DNA of 64,000 nucleotides from an uncultured Candidatus Rokubacteria bacterium (GCA_963805625.1 CAWDVE010000021.1:256001-320000), one strand, 5' to 3'. Counted from the stretch's first letter, positions 10,239 through 21,137 are shown. The notes: a model not told the origin generated them from the letters alone. Translations and numbers: made by a program.

Positions 10239-11633
10239 TTAGAGGTGGATGGCCTGCCCCATGGCGTCGAGGGCGGCCTCCATCACCGCTTCGGCCATCG
10301 TCGGGTGGGCATGGATCGTGTGGCCCACCTCCTCGACGGTGGCCTCGAGCGTCTTCCCGAGCCCGAACTCGGCGATCAGCTCGGTGGCCTCCGCCCCCAG
10401 GATGTGGACGCCCAGGATCTCGCCCGTGTCGGCGGCCGCGACGATCTTGACGAGACCCTCGGGCTCGGCGAGCGCCTGGGCCTTGCCGTTGGCCAGGAAC
10501 ATGTACTTGCCCACCTTCACCGCGCGGCCGTCGGCCCGGGCCTGCGCCTCGGTGAGTCCGAGGCTCGCCACCTGCGGGTGACAGTAGGTGCAGCCCGGGA
10601 TCGTCCGGTAGTCGACCGGGTGCCCCGGGTGCCCCGCGAGCGCCTCGGCGGCCACGATGCCCTCCGCGCTCGCCTTGTGCGCGAGGAGCGGCGGGCCCGC
10701 CAGGTCGCCGATCGCGTAGACGCCCGGAACCGACGTCTCCATCCGGGGTGAGACCTTGACGAACCCCCGGTCCATGGCCACCCCGAGCGCGTCGAGCCCG
10801 AGGGCCTGCGTGTTCGCTCCTCGGCCCACGGCCATCAGGACGAGGGCGCCCTCCACGCGGGTGGCCTGGCCCTCCTGCTCGAGCTCGACCGTCACCCCGT
10901 CGGGGCCGACGCGCACTCCCTGGACCTTCACGCCCGTCCGCACGTCGATCTTCCGCTTCGCGAAGCTCCGCGCGAGGAGCTTCGAGATCTCCTCGTCCTC
11001 GATCGGCAAGAGCCGCGAGAGGGCCTCGACGATCGTGACCTGGACCCCGTACGCGGCGAAGACGTCGGCGAACTCGACGCCGACGGCCCCGGCCCCGATC
11101 ACCACCACGGAGGGCGGCAGGCGCTCGAGCCGGAGCGCCTCGTCGGAGCTGATGATCCGGGTCTTGTCGATCGGCACGCCCGGCAGGCTCTTGGGCGCCG
11201 CGCCCGTCGCGAGCACGATCGCCCGCGCCTCGAGCGTCCGGACGCTGCCGTCCGGCGCCTGCACGCGCACGGCGCCGGGCGCCGTCACCGTACCGCGACC
11301 GGGGACGAGGGTGATCTTGTTCTTCCGGAACAGGAACTCGACGCCCTTGGACATCCGGTCGGCCACCTGGCGGCTCCGCGTGTAGGCGACCCGGTAGTCG
11401 GCGCGGAGGTTGTCCACGGTCACGCCGAACTCCCCGGCCCGCTGGAACAGCTGGAGCACCTCCGCATTCCGGAGGAGCGCCTTCGTGGGAATGCAGCCCC
11501 AGTTCAGACAGATGCCGCCGGGCCGGTCGGCCTCGACGACGGCAACCCGCTGCCCGAGCTGGGCAGCCCGGATCGCCGAGACGTAGCCGCCCGGGCCCGA
11601 GCCGATGATGACGGCGTCGAAGCGCTCGCTCAT
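10239..11633 (-). CDS. lpdA: Dihydrolipoamide dehydrogenase (E3)
   Basis: GSGPGGY, GGICLNWGCIPTK, HAHPTMAE. Confidence 0.96.
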   Translation of the reverse strand: MSERFDAVIIGSGPGGYVSAIRAAQLGQRVAVVEADRPGGICLNWGCIPTKALLRNAEVLQLFQRAGEFGVTVDNLRADYRVAYTRSRQVADRMSKGVEFLFRKNKITLVPGRGTVTAPGAVRVQAPDGSVRTLEARAIVLATGAAPKSLPGVPIDKTRIISSDEALRLERLPPSVVVIGAGAVGVEFADVFAAYGVQVTIVEALSRLLPIEDEEISKLLARSFAKRKIDVRTGVKVQGVRVGPDGVTVELEQEGQATRVEGALVLMAVGRGANTQALGLDALGVAMDRGFVKVSPRMETSVPGVYAIGDLAGPPLLAHKASAEGIVAAEALAGHPGHPVDYRTIPGCTYCHPQVASLGLTEAQARADGRAVKVGKYMFLANGKAQALAEPEGLVKIVAAADTGEILGVHILGAEATELIAEFGLGKTLEATVEEVGHTIHAHPTMAEAVMEAALDAMGQAIHL

Positions 11634-11637
11634 CGCG

Positions 11638-12960
11638 TCAGACCAGGAGCGCCAGGGGGGCCTCGAGCGCGGCCTTCAGATCGGCGAGGAAGCGGGCGCC
11701 CATCGCGCCATCCATGACCCGGTGGTCTGCCGACAGGGTCACGCGCATGCGCTTGCCCACCGCCAGCTGGCCATCGACCACGACCGGCTTGTCGACGATC
11801 GCCCCCACGGCCAGGATCGCGCCCTCGGGGGGATTGATGATCGCGCTGAACTCGTCCACGGGAAACATCCCGAGGTTCGACACGGAGAAGGTCGCCCCGG
11901 AGAGCTCCTGCTGGCGAAGCTTCCGCCCCCGCGTCCGCTCGACCAGGTCCCGCGCCTCCGCGGCGATCTGGAACAGCGACTTCCGGTCGCAGTCCCGGAG
12001 GACCGGCGTGATGAGGCCGTCCTCGACGGCGACGGCAATCCCGATGTGGGCAGCCCGATGCCGCCGGATGGCGTCGCCGGTGAAGCTCGCGTTGACCCCT
12101 GGGTGCTTCTGGAGCGCCACCGCGCAGGCGCGGACGATCACGTCGGTGAACGTGACCTTCGGCGCCCCCGGGAGCGCCTGGAGCTCCTCGCGCAGCGCCG
12201 CCGCGCGCTCCATGGCGATCTCGGTCGTGATGTAGAAGTGCGGGACCGGGGCCTTGGACTGCGTCATCTGCCGCGCGATCGCGGCGCGGATCGCGCTCAG
12301 CGGGACGTCCTCGGTGTCCGGCCCGGTGCGCGCGACGGCCGGCGACACCGCCGCGGCGGGCATGGCCGCCGCCACGGCGGTCGGGCGCCCAACCGGAGCC
12401 GGGGGCCGCGCGGCGACGAACGCCTCGATGTCCCGCTGGATGATCCGGCCGCTTGGCCCGGTCCCGGTCACGCGGGCGAGGTCGATGCTCGCCCGCTGGG
12501 CGAGCTTCCGCGCGAGGGGCGAGACCCGCAGTCGGCCCGGGGGGAGCACCGCGGCCGCGCTCGCCACCCCGGCGGGCGCGGGCGCGCTGGGCACCGGGGC
12601 GGCGGCCGGAGCCCGCGCGGCGACCGCCGGCGCAGCGGCCGGCGCCGACGCCGAGGGAGCCGCCGGAACGGCCGCGGGCCGGGCGGGCGCTCCGCCGACC
12701 ACGGCACTGATGTCCTCGTCCGGCTCGGCGATCACGGCGATCAGCCCGCCGACCGGCACCGCCGTCCCCGGCGTGGCGAGCAGCTTTCGGAGCACGCCGG
12801 AGCCGAACGCCTCGAGTTCGATGTCGGCCTTGTCCGTCTCGATCTCGGCGATGATGTCGCCACCCGAGATCCGGTCGCCCTCCTGCTTGAGCCAGCGCAG
12901 GAGCTTTCCGGTCTCCATCGCCTCGGACAGCTTCGGCATGACAACCTTGGTCACTGCCAT
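11638..12960 (-). CDS. pdhC: Pyruvate dehydrogenase E2, dihydrolipoamide acetyltransferase
   Basis: One lipoyl domain (EIETDKA), Ala/Pro linker, SPLARK subunit-binding domain, DHRVMDGA catalytic motif. Confidence 0.93.
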   Translation of the reverse strand: MAVTKVVMPKLSEAMETGKLLRWLKQEGDRISGGDIIAEIETDKADIELEAFGSGVLRKLLATPGTAVPVGGLIAVIAEPDEDISAVVGGAPARPAAVPAAPSASAPAAAPAVAARAPAAAPVPSAPAPAGVASAAAVLPPGRLRVSPLARKLAQRASIDLARVTGTGPSGRIIQRDIEAFVAARPPAPVGRPTAVAAAMPAAAVSPAVARTGPDTEDVPLSAIRAAIARQMTQSKAPVPHFYITTEIAMERAAALREELQALPGAPKVTFTDVIVRACAVALQKHPGVNASFTGDAIRRHRAAHIGIAVAVEDGLITPVLRDCDRKSLFQIAAEARDLVERTRGRKLRQQELSGATFSVSNLGMFPVDEFSAIINPPEGAILAVGAIVDKPVVVDGQLAVGKRMRVTLSADHRVMDGAMGARFLADLKAALEAPLALLV

Positions 12961-12987
12961 GGCCCGCTCACCCTCCTCGGGGAATCG

Positions 12988-13971
12988 TCAGACGGAACAG
13001 AGCTTGCGGATCGCGTCGATGATCCGCTCCTTCGACGGAGTCTTGAGCCGCTCGAGGTTCCGCGCGTACGGCATCGGCGCGTTGGCGCCGAAGATCCGCG
13101 TCACCGGGGCGTCCAGGTCGTCGAACGCGCTCTCCGTGATGAAAGACGCGATCTCGGAGCCCATCCCGGCGAACCCCGCGCCGGACTCGGCTACCAGGAC
13201 GCGATGCGTCTTCCGTACCGAGGCCAGGATGGTCTCGGTGTCCATCGGGCGGAGGGTGCGGGGGTCGACGATCTCCACCGAGATGCCGTCGGTCTTCTCG
13301 ACCTCCTCGGCGGCCTCGAGCACCCGGTAGTACATGCCCGAGTAGGCGACGGCCGTCACGTCGCGGCCCTCGCGCTTGACCTCGGCCACCCCGAGGGGAA
13401 TGAGGAAGTCGGCGTCGTCGGGCACCTCGCCCTTGACGCCGTAGAGGGTCTCCGATTCGATGAAGATCACCGGGTTGTCGTCCCGGATCGAGCTCTTGAG
13501 GAGCCCCTTGGCGTCGCGGGGCGTCGTCGGGCGCACCACCTTCAGCCCGGGCACGTGGCAGAAGTACGACTCCATCGACTGCGAGTGCTGCGCGGCCAGC
13601 TGGTGGGCGGGGCCACCCGGCCCCCGGATCACCAGCGGGATGGGGAACTGGCCGCCCGACATGTAGAAGAGCTTCGCCGCGTGATTGACGATCTGGTCGA
13701 GCGCCACCAGCGCGAAGTTGAAGGTCATCATCTCGACGATGGGCCGAAGGCCCACCATCGCGGAGCCGATCCCGACTCCCGTGAATCCGGACTCGCAGAT
13801 CGGTGTGTCGACGACGCGCCGCTCGCCGAACTTCTCGAGCAGCCCCTGGCTCACCTTGTAGGCGCCGCCGTATACCCCGACCTCCTCGCCGACCAGGAAC
13901 ACCCGGTCGTCCCGCTCCATCTCCTCGCGAAGGGCGTGGTTCAGCGCCTCCCGGTACGTGATCACCGCCAT
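12988..13971 (-). CDS. pdhB: Pyruvate dehydrogenase E1 beta
   Basis: GEEVGVYGGAYKVSQGL, DTPICE, AAQHSQ. Confidence 0.93.
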   Translation of the reverse strand: MAVITYREALNHALREEMERDDRVFLVGEEVGVYGGAYKVSQGLLEKFGERRVVDTPICESGFTGVGIGSAMVGLRPIVEMMTFNFALVALDQIVNHAAKLFYMSGGQFPIPLVIRGPGGPAHQLAAQHSQSMESYFCHVPGLKVVRPTTPRDAKGLLKSSIRDDNPVIFIESETLYGVKGEVPDDADFLIPLGVAEVKREGRDVTAVAYSGMYYRVLEAAEEVEKTDGISVEIVDPRTLRPMDTETILASVRKTHRVLVAESGAGFAGMGSEIASFITESAFDDLDAPVTRIFGANAPMPYARNLERLKTPSKERIIDAIRKLCSV

Positions 13972-14011
13972 GCCTGCCTCCTTCTCCACGCGCCCCGGTC
14001 CCGGCCGCGCC

Positions 14012-15010
14012 TCACGCGTAGACGTCCGTGGTCAGCCACTCCGCCGGCGGCTCCGGTGAGGCCTCCGCAAACTCCACCGCGTCGTTGACGCGCGCCTCCA
14101 CCCGTTCGGCCAGGGCCTGCCAGGTGGCCTCGTCGAGCGCCCCCGCCTCGCGGAGGCGCTCGCGCAGGCCGACGATCGGATCGCGGCGCTTCTCCTCCTC
14201 CACCTCGTCCTTCGTACGGTACACGGCCGCGGCGGGATCTCGCATGGAGTGGCCGCGGAACCGGTAGGTGCGGGCCTCGACCAGCGTCGGGGCCTTGCTC
14301 TCCCGGGCCCGCGCGACCGCGCGGCCCACGCACTCTCGCACGGCCAGCACGTCCATGCCGTCGCAGGCTTCCCCGGCCATCGCGTACGCGGCGGCGAATT
14401 TCGAGATGTCGGTCTGCGCCAGCGCCCGCTGGATGGCGGTGCCCATGGCGTAGCGATTGTTCTCGCAGATGAACACGACGGGCAGCTTCCAGAGGGCGGC
14501 CAGATTCATCGACTCGTGGAACTCCCCCTGGGGCACCGAGCCATCCCCGAAGAAGCAGAGGATCACCCGCGCGCGGTCCTCGTACCGGATTGCGAAGCCG
14601 ACGCCGGCGGCAATGGGGAGATAGCCGCCGACGATCGCGTGGCCCCCGAGGAAGTTGATGGCGCGGTCGAACATGTGCATCGAGCCGCCCTTGCCTTTGG
14701 AGACGCCGTCCCGCCGGCCGAACAGCTCGGCCATGATCCGCCGCGGGTCCCCGCCCTTCGCAAGGATGTGCCCGTGCTCGCGGTAGCCCGCGATCGCGTA
14801 GTCCTCGGGCCGGAGGGTCGACATCGCCCCCACTGCCACCGCCTCCTGCCCGATGTAGAGGTGGAGGAAGCCGCCGATCTTGCCGAGGGCGTACATCTCG
14901 GCCGCCTTCTCCTCGAACCGCCGGATGAGCTGCATCTGCTCGAGGAGGGCGAGCCCAACCGCGGCGTCCCCGCGGGCCACCGTTCCCACCACGGATCCCG
15001 TCGTCGCCAC
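14012..15010 (-). CDS. pdhA: Pyruvate dehydrogenase E1 alpha
   Basis: GFLHLYIGQEA, GKGGSMH, GDG...ENN TPP motif, YRFRGHSMRD. GTG 15010 preceded by SD AAGGGAGG. Confidence 0.93.
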   Translation of the reverse strand: MATTGSVVGTVARGDAAVGLALLEQMQLIRRFEEKAAEMYALGKIGGFLHLYIGQEAVAVGAMSTLRPEDYAIAGYREHGHILAKGGDPRRIMAELFGRRDGVSKGKGGSMHMFDRAINFLGGHAIVGGYLPIAAGVGFAIRYEDRARVILCFFGDGSVPQGEFHESMNLAALWKLPVVFICENNRYAMGTAIQRALAQTDISKFAAAYAMAGEACDGMDVLAVRECVGRAVARARESKAPTLVEARTYRFRGHSMRDPAAAVYRTKDEVEEEKRRDPIVGLRERLREAGALDEATWQALAERVEARVNDAVEFAEASPEPPAEWLTTDVYA

Positions 15011-15045
15011 TGTCCGACCTCCCTTGTCGCGCGACCGCGCGGGTT

Positions 15046-15354
15046 TCACCAACGCATCAACGCCAGGTCGTCGACGTTGATCCGGAAGCGAGCCCGGAAG
15101 ATCGCCACGATGATCGCCAACCCGACCGCGACCTCGGCCGCCGCGACCGTCATCACGAAGAACACGATGATCTGCCCGTCGGCCGCGCCGTGGGCGCGCC
15201 CGAAGGCGACGAACGCCAGGTTCGCGGCGTTCAGCATGAGCTCGATGGACATGAAGATCACCAACGGGTTCCGCCGGACCAGGACGCCCACCACCCCGAT
15301 GGTGAACAGGATCGCCGACAGCCCCACATAGTACGCCGGCGGGACCATGCTCAC
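15046..15354 (-). CDS. nuoK: Complex I subunit K (locus 1)
   Basis: [23 protein letters not shown]. Confidence 0.95.
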   Translation of the reverse strand: MSMVPPAYYVGLSAILFTIGVVGVLVRRNPLVIFMSIELMLNAANLAFVAFGRAHGAADGQIIVFFVMTVAAAEVAVGLAIIVAIFRARFRINVDDLALMRW

Positions 15355-15406
15355 TGCGGCACCCTGGCTCTCTGGGAGCTCATCCGACGGCCTCAGCCCT
15401 GTGCGC

Positions 15407-15901
15407 TCATGGCGCGCTCGTCGGGCGCTTGGCCAGGGTGAGCGCGCCCACCAGGGCCGCCAGGAGCAGGAGCGAGGTCACTTCGAAGGGGAACAGGAAG
15501 TCGGTGAAAAGCAGCCGGCCGATGGTCCCGACCCCTCCCGGCGGCGCTTCCATGGCCGGGCCGCGCGTGCGGCCGGCGACCAGAACGATCGCGATCCCGA
15601 GCACCGCCGCCAGCGGGAGCGCGAACCGGCGCGCCCGCACGAGCGGGTCCGGTCCCTCTTCGGCGCGGCCCGGAATCAGTAGCATAATCGCGAAGATGAA
15701 GAGCACCATGATCGCCCCCGCGTAGACGATGACCTGGGCGAGGGCGAGGAACTCCGCACGGAGCATGAGGTAGAGCACCGCGACGCAGAACAGGTTCGCG
15801 ACGAGGAAGAGCGCCCCGTGGAGGGGATTCGGCCGGATCACCAGGCCGAGGGCAGTCCCGACCGCCGTCACGGCCACGAGGACGAACACCACCCACTCCA
15901 T
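15407..15901 (-). CDS. nuoJ: Complex I subunit J (locus 1)
   Basis: [30 protein letters not shown]. Confidence 0.93.
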   Translation of the reverse strand: MEWVVFVLVAVTAVGTALGLVIRPNPLHGALFLVANLFCVAVLYLMLRAEFLALAQVIVYAGAIMVLFIFAIMLLIPGRAEEGPDPLVRARRFALPLAAVLGIAIVLVAGRTRGPAMEAPPGGVGTIGRLLFTDFLFPFEVTSLLLLAALVGALTLAKRPTSAP

Positions 15902-15953
15902 CAGTTCACCGTGAGGGGGCGGGCCGTGGCGGCAACGGCTAGGGAGAGGCGGC

Positions 15954-16556
15954 TCATCCCTCGAACCCCCGGCGCACCAGGGCCGCTGGCGGCGCCATGG
16001 TCGGCAGGCCGTTCGGCCCGGCAGGCTCGAGTGCCAGGAGCACGTCCTTGGAGTAGACCAACCCCTCGCGGCTGAAGGCCGAGAACTCCAGGATGCCCGT
16101 GTCCATGCGGATCGCGTCTTCGGGGCAGGCCTCGACGCAGTACCCGCAGAAGACGCACTTGCCGAGGTCGATGTCGAACCGCGTCGGGTACTTCTCGATG
16201 TCCGGGTTCGGGTGCTCCCCGGCCACGATGTAGATGCAGTGCGCGGGGCACACCGTCTCGCACATCATGCAGGCGACGCACCGGGGCGACCCGTCGTCGC
16301 GCCGCACCAGGCGATGAAGGCTCCGGAGCCGCGTCGCCAGCGGGCGCCGCTCCTCCGGCCACTGGTAGGTCACAGCGCCCTTCTGGCCGCGCACCCAGCG
16401 CCCCATGTTCCGGAAGAAGTGGCCCGCGGTCACCCCGAGGCCGACGAGCACCTCGGCGACGTAGAAGCGCTCGCGCGGGTTCGCCGGCACCTGCCGGCGG
16501 ACCCGCAAAACCTTCGGGGGCGGGGGAGACACGGGGGCACTCGCCACGGTGCTCAC
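15954..16556 (-). CDS. nuoI: Complex I subunit I (locus 1)
   Basis: Two 4Fe-4S motifs: CVACMMCETVCP and CVFCGYCVEACP. Confidence 0.92.
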   Translation of the reverse strand: MSTVASAPVSPPPPKVLRVRRQVPANPRERFYVAEVLVGLGVTAGHFFRNMGRWVRGQKGAVTYQWPEERRPLATRLRSLHRLVRRDDGSPRCVACMMCETVCPAHCIYIVAGEHPNPDIEKYPTRFDIDLGKCVFCGYCVEACPEDAIRMDTGILEFSAFSREGLVYSKDVLLALEPAGPNGLPTMAPPAALVRRGFEG

Positions 16557-16560
16557 CTCC

Positions 16561-17649
16561 CTAGAAGAGCAGCATCGCGGCCGTCAGGACGATGTTCAGC
16601 ACGGCCAGCGGCAGGAGCCCGAGCCAGCCGAGACGCATCGCCTGATCGTACCGGAAGCGCGGCAGGGTCCATCGGATCAGCATCAGGAACCAGATCATAG
16701 CCACGACCTTGGTCACGAAGGCCCCGACCTGGAGCAGCGCCACGACGAGCTGCGGGAGGTGGAGGCTGAGCCCCCCGGGCAGGTGGAACCCGTAGTCCCG
16801 GAAGAGCCAGGGCACCTGCCAGCCGCCGAGAAAGAGCGCGGTCGTCATCCCGGCGACCACCACGGTCTCCACGAAGTCCGCCATCAGGAACATGCCGAAC
16901 TTCATCCCGCTGTACTCGACGTTGTAGCCGATGATCTCGGACTCGCCCTCGGGAAAGTCGAACGGCGCCCGCTTGGTCGTGGCAATGCCGGCCGTCAGGA
17001 ACAGGACGAACCCGAGCGGCTGCGTCAGGATGCCCCACTTGGGGATGACGCCCCCCCAGTACGCCCCCTGGCCGCGCGCGATCTCCTGGAGATCGAGCGA
17101 CCCGTAGACCATGCAAACGCCCATGATCGAGGCGCCGATCGCCACCTCCGCCGAGATCATGAGGGCGGCCGCGCGTTGGCCGCCGAGGAGCGCGAAGTTG
17201 TTCGCCGAGGCCCAGCCGGCCAGCACGACCCCGTAGACGCCCATCGACAGCATCGCGAAGACGTAGAGGATGCCCGCATTGAGCTCGACCGCCTGCAGCG
17301 AGATCTCCCGGCCGCCGATCCGGAGGACGTCGCCGAACGGGATCGTCGCGAAACCGGACAGCGCGAAGAAGACCGACACCACCGGCGCGGCCAGGAAGAG
17401 CACCCGGTCGGCGCGGGCCGGCATGAAGTCTTCCTTGGTCAGCATCTTGAGTGCGTCGGCGAGCGGGTGGAAGAGCCCGAACAAGCGGAGGCCGAGGATC
17501 GAGGCCCGATTCGCGCCCACGCGGTCCTGCATGACGGCGGACTGCTTGCGCTCGACCCAGGTCAGGAGCCCGCCCAGGTTCAGGACGAGCCCCATGACGA
17601 AGGCGACCCGGGCGAAGGCGATGCCGAGGTCGACCATGACGGCGCTCAC
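16561..17649 (-). CDS. nuoH: Complex I subunit H (locus 1)
   Basis: ERK...QDRVG, RAPFDFPEGESE, VEYSG, LPRFRYDQ. Confidence 0.95.
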   Translation of the reverse strand: MSAVMVDLGIAFARVAFVMGLVLNLGGLLTWVERKQSAVMQDRVGANRASILGLRLFGLFHPLADALKMLTKEDFMPARADRVLFLAAPVVSVFFALSGFATIPFGDVLRIGGREISLQAVELNAGILYVFAMLSMGVYGVVLAGWASANNFALLGGQRAAALMISAEVAIGASIMGVCMVYGSLDLQEIARGQGAYWGGVIPKWGILTQPLGFVLFLTAGIATTKRAPFDFPEGESEIIGYNVEYSGMKFGMFLMADFVETVVVAGMTTALFLGGWQVPWLFRDYGFHLPGGLSLHLPQLVVALLQVGAFVTKVVAMIWFLMLIRWTLPRFRYDQAMRLGWLGLLPLAVLNIVLTAAMLLF

Positions 17650-17722
17650 GACGCGACCCGGGTGCTCCGTCGGATTGATCGGATAGCCTTCGGCCAGTAG
17701 CGGCCTAGGACGACCTGTGGGG

Positions 17723-19334
17723 TCACGGAGCCCCCGCAGCGATGCTCGCGCCGTGATCCGCGAGCGTGCGGTAGCTCAGCTCCGCGAAGCCGGGCGTCGC
17801 GACCGCCAGATCGCGGAAGACGTTCGCCGCACGGAGCGGCTGCCAGTCGTGGCCGAGGGCGCGCGCGACCGCCGCGAGGATCTCCCAGTCCGGCCGCGCG
17901 TCCCCGCGCGGCAGCACAGCGCGCCAGAACCGCTGGATCCGGCCCGCCACGTTCGTCCAGGTCCCCTCGCGCTCGACCCAGGCCGCGCTCGGCAGGATCA
18001 CGTGCGCCCGCGCGCTCGTTCCGTTGGCGTTCGGCCCCTGGAAGACCACGCCCTCGACCCGCGCGAGCGCCTCCTCCACCTCCGCCTCGGGCCAGCCCGA
18101 GTCAAGGAGGTCGTGGTCGAACACCCACAGGAGCCGGAGCCGGCCCGCCCGGGCGGCGTCGAGGACATGCCGCCCGTCGGCGGCCCCCGCGCGTCCACAG
18201 CCGAGCAGCTCGGCGCCCCGACTGTTCGGGGTCTTGTCGGCGACCCGCAGGAGGTCGTCCTGCGAGCCCGGCATGCGCGGGGGCACGCGGAAATCTGCGT
18301 GGGCGGCGCCGAGCGTGTCCACGAACAGACGCCGGGCGAGCCAGAGGTCCTCGTTCGACATCCGGGAGGAGAACAGGACGCCGGTGCCCGCGGGCCCCGC
18401 GGCCCGGAGGCCGTCCGCCACCGCGGCCACGACCTCCTCCCAGCTGAGCGGGCGCGCGGACCCGCTCTCACGCAGCTCCGGGCGCTCGAGCCGGGTCGGC
18501 GCGTCGACGTCGCCGAAGCCGTAGCGCCCCTCGTCGCAGATCCACCACTGGTTCACGTCGGGGTTGAAGCGCGGCTTGAGGCGTACGACCCGCCGACCCT
18601 GGGCGTGGTGGGCGCGCTTCGTGTTGGTGTGGACCTCGATGTTGCACCCGCGGGCGCACCCGGGGCAGACCGACTTCGCGCGGTCGAGGTACCAGACACG
18701 GGCCTGGAAGCGGAAGTCACGGTCGGTGAGCGCGCCCACCGGGCAGATGTCGACGACGTTGCCGGAGTACGCGTTGTCGAGCGAGGTGCCCGGGAACAGC
18801 CCCAGCTCCGAGTGGTCGCCCCGGTTGAAGATCCCGAGCTCGCCCGTCTTCGTGATCGTGTCGCAGAAGCGCACGCAGCGCGAGCACAGAATGCACCGCT
18901 CGGCGTCCAGCATCACGTGCGGCCCGATCGGCACGGCCTTGGGCTTGTGGACCTTGTCGTCGATCATCCGGGGCTCGTAGAGCCCGTGCTGCATGTAGTA
19001 GATCTGGAGCCAGCACTCGCCTGCCTGGTCGCACACCGGGCAGTCGAGCGGGATGGTTGATGAGGTGCCACTCCATGACCGAGCGCCGCAGCTCCAGGAC
19101 GCGCGGGGTCTGCGTCATCACCACCATGCCCTCGGCCGCCTGGGTGTTGCAGGCGATCGTCGGGCGCGGCGCCTTCTCGAGATCCACCATGCAGAGGCGG
19201 CACGCCCCGGCGATCGGGAGTCCGGGATGGTAGCAGTAGTGGGGCACCTCGATCCCGAGGCGGCGCGCCGTCTCGATGAGGTTCGTCCCGGCGGGGACCT
19301 CGACCGGCTGGCCGTCGACCGTCAGCTTCGGCAT
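17723..19334 (-). pseudogene. nuoG: Complex I subunit G with a single +1 frameshift near 19050-19052 (real lesion or sequencing error)
   Basis: MPKLTVDG...CYHPGL...CRLC...LINHP lies in one frame and LDCPVCDQAGEC... in another. Removing one C from CATCCCGCTCGAC restores HPLDCPVC and a 536-aa ORF. Confidence 0.88.
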
Positions 19335-19341
19335 GCCGGCC

Positions 19342-20631
19342 TTAGTGCGCGCCCACGGGCGCCTTCGCCCCCGGGCGGACGTCGCAGGCCCCGTGGCGGA
19401 CGTGGTGGTCGAACTCGGCCCGGAACTTCTCGACGTAGGAAATGTACGGGCCGATCGCGCCGTCGTAGAACGCGCAGATCGTGCTGCCCACGCCGCGGCG
19501 GGCGACGTCCACGATCGTGTCCGGGTCCTGGGGGACGCCCTTCCCGGCGAGGATCCGGCCCGTGATCTTGTAGATCCAGCCGGTGCACTCCCGGCAGGGC
19601 GTGCACTGCCCGCAGGACTCGTGGGCGTAGAAGCGGGCGACGACGTGGAGCGCCTCGGGGATGCACGTGGTCTCGTCCATGACCACCACGCCGGCCGAGC
19701 CTGCCATCGTGCCCGCATTGCGGAGCCCGTCGACGTCCATCGTCACGTCGATCTCGTCGGCTCGGAGGAGCGGTGCCGAGGAGCCGCCGGGCACCACCGC
19801 CTTCAGCCGCCGGCCGTTCGCCACGCCGCCCGCCCGCTCGATCAACTCCCGGAGTGTGATCCCCACCGACGCCTCGTAGACGCCGGGCCGGGCCACGTGG
19901 CCCGACACCGAGTAGAGGCGCGTCCCGCCCTGGGTCTTGGAGCCGAGCCCCGCGAACCACTCGCCCCCGCGCGTGATGATGTGCGGCACCGCGGCCAGCG
20001 TCTCGACGTTGTTGACCACCGTCGGCTGGCCGAAGGCGCCCTTGATCGCGGGGAACGGCGGCTTGACCTTCGGCCACCCCTTCTTGCCTTCGAGGGAGGA
20101 GATGAGGCCCGTCTCCTCGCCGCAGATGTAGGCGCCCGCGCCCCGGTGCACGACCATCTGATGGTCGAACCCCGAGCCGAGGATGTTGGCGCCCAGCAGG
20201 CCGGCAGCCTCGGCCGCCTGGACGGCCTCCTGGAACACCCGCCATGGGCGGACGTACTCGCCCCGGATGTAGATGAAGGACGTGTGGCAGCCGATCGCGT
20301 AGGCCGAGATCAGCATTCCCTCGATCAGGGCGTGGGGATCGCGCTCGAGGATGTAGCGATCCTTGAACGTCCCCGGCTCGCCCTCGTCGGCGTTGACGAC
20401 GAGATAGACGGGCCCCGTGCGCTTCTGCGGGATGAAGCCCCACTTCGTCGCCGTGGGGAAGCCCGCGCCGCCCAGGCCGCGGAGGTTCGCCTTCTTGACC
20501 TCGGCCGCGATGCCCTCGGGGCCGAGCGCCAGCGCCTTCCGGAATGCCTCGTAACCGCCCCCCGCGCGGTAGCCCGGGAGCGTCCGCGCCTCCGGCCGGT
20601 CGAAGTTCCGCGAGAGCACCGGCTCGCTCAC
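19342..20631 (-). CDS. nuoF: Complex I subunit F (FMN/NADH-binding)
   Basis: LRGLGGAGF, NADEGEPGTFKDR, GAGAYICGEET, ESCGQCTPCRE. Confidence 0.95.
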   Translation of the reverse strand: MSEPVLSRNFDRPEARTLPGYRAGGGYEAFRKALALGPEGIAAEVKKANLRGLGGAGFPTATKWGFIPQKRTGPVYLVVNADEGEPGTFKDRYILERDPHALIEGMLISAYAIGCHTSFIYIRGEYVRPWRVFQEAVQAAEAAGLLGANILGSGFDHQMVVHRGAGAYICGEETGLISSLEGKKGWPKVKPPFPAIKGAFGQPTVVNNVETLAAVPHIITRGGEWFAGLGSKTQGGTRLYSVSGHVARPGVYEASVGITLRELIERAGGVANGRRLKAVVPGGSSAPLLRADEIDVTMDVDGLRNAGTMAGSAGVVVMDETTCIPEALHVVARFYAHESCGQCTPCRECTGWIYKITGRILAGKGVPQDPDTIVDVARRGVGSTICAFYDGAIGPYISYVEKFRAEFDHHVRHGACDVRPGAKAPVGAH

Positions 20632-21137
20632 CGGAGCCCCTCCAGCACGCGATCGACGGCGCCGCGGTCGAGCGGCCCCACGTACTCCTCGTCGACCTGC
20701 ATCATCGGAGCGGCCTCGCAGGCGCAGAGGCACTCCACCCGCAGGAGCGTGACGCGCCCGTCGGGGGTGGTCGCGCCCGCCTCGACTCCGAGCCGCTCCT
20801 GGAGGTAGGCGACCACGTCTTCCGCCCCCCGGAGCGAACACGACAGGTTGTGGCAGACCGAGATCACGTGGCGCCCGACTGGCTGCTGGAAGAACAGCGT
20901 GTAGAAGGTGACGACTTCGTGGACGTGGGCGGGCGACAGCTCGAACAGCTCGGCCACGTAGACCTCGACCTCGGGCGAGACGAACCCGAAGGTGTCCTGG
21001 GCCATCCGGAGCACCGGGAGGAGCGCCGCCTGCCGCTCCGGGTAGAGCGCCTGGAGCCGCCGCACTTCGGCGAGCTGGGCGTCCGAGAACCGGACCGGCC
21101 CCGCGGGAGACCGGGTGGCCGGCGCCGACGCGCTCAC
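20628..21137 (-). CDS. nuoE: Complex I subunit E
   Basis: C-terminal part of ORF 20628..22310: VTFY, CHNLSC...ECLCACEAAP 2Fe-2S motif. Confidence 0.92.
   Translation of the reverse strand: MSASAPATRSPAGPVRFSDAQLAEVRRLQALYPERQAALLPVLRMAQDTFGFVSPEVEVYVAELFELSPAHVHEVVTFYTLFFQQPVGRHVISVCHNLSCSLRGAEDVVAYLQERLGVEAGATTPDGRVTLLRVECLCACEAAPMMQVDEEYVGPLDRGAVDRVLEGLR

Noticed and set aside
19040-19060. Programmed frameshifting in nuoG
   Set aside because: No recognisable slippery heptamer. A simple indel in a short C run is more parsimonious.
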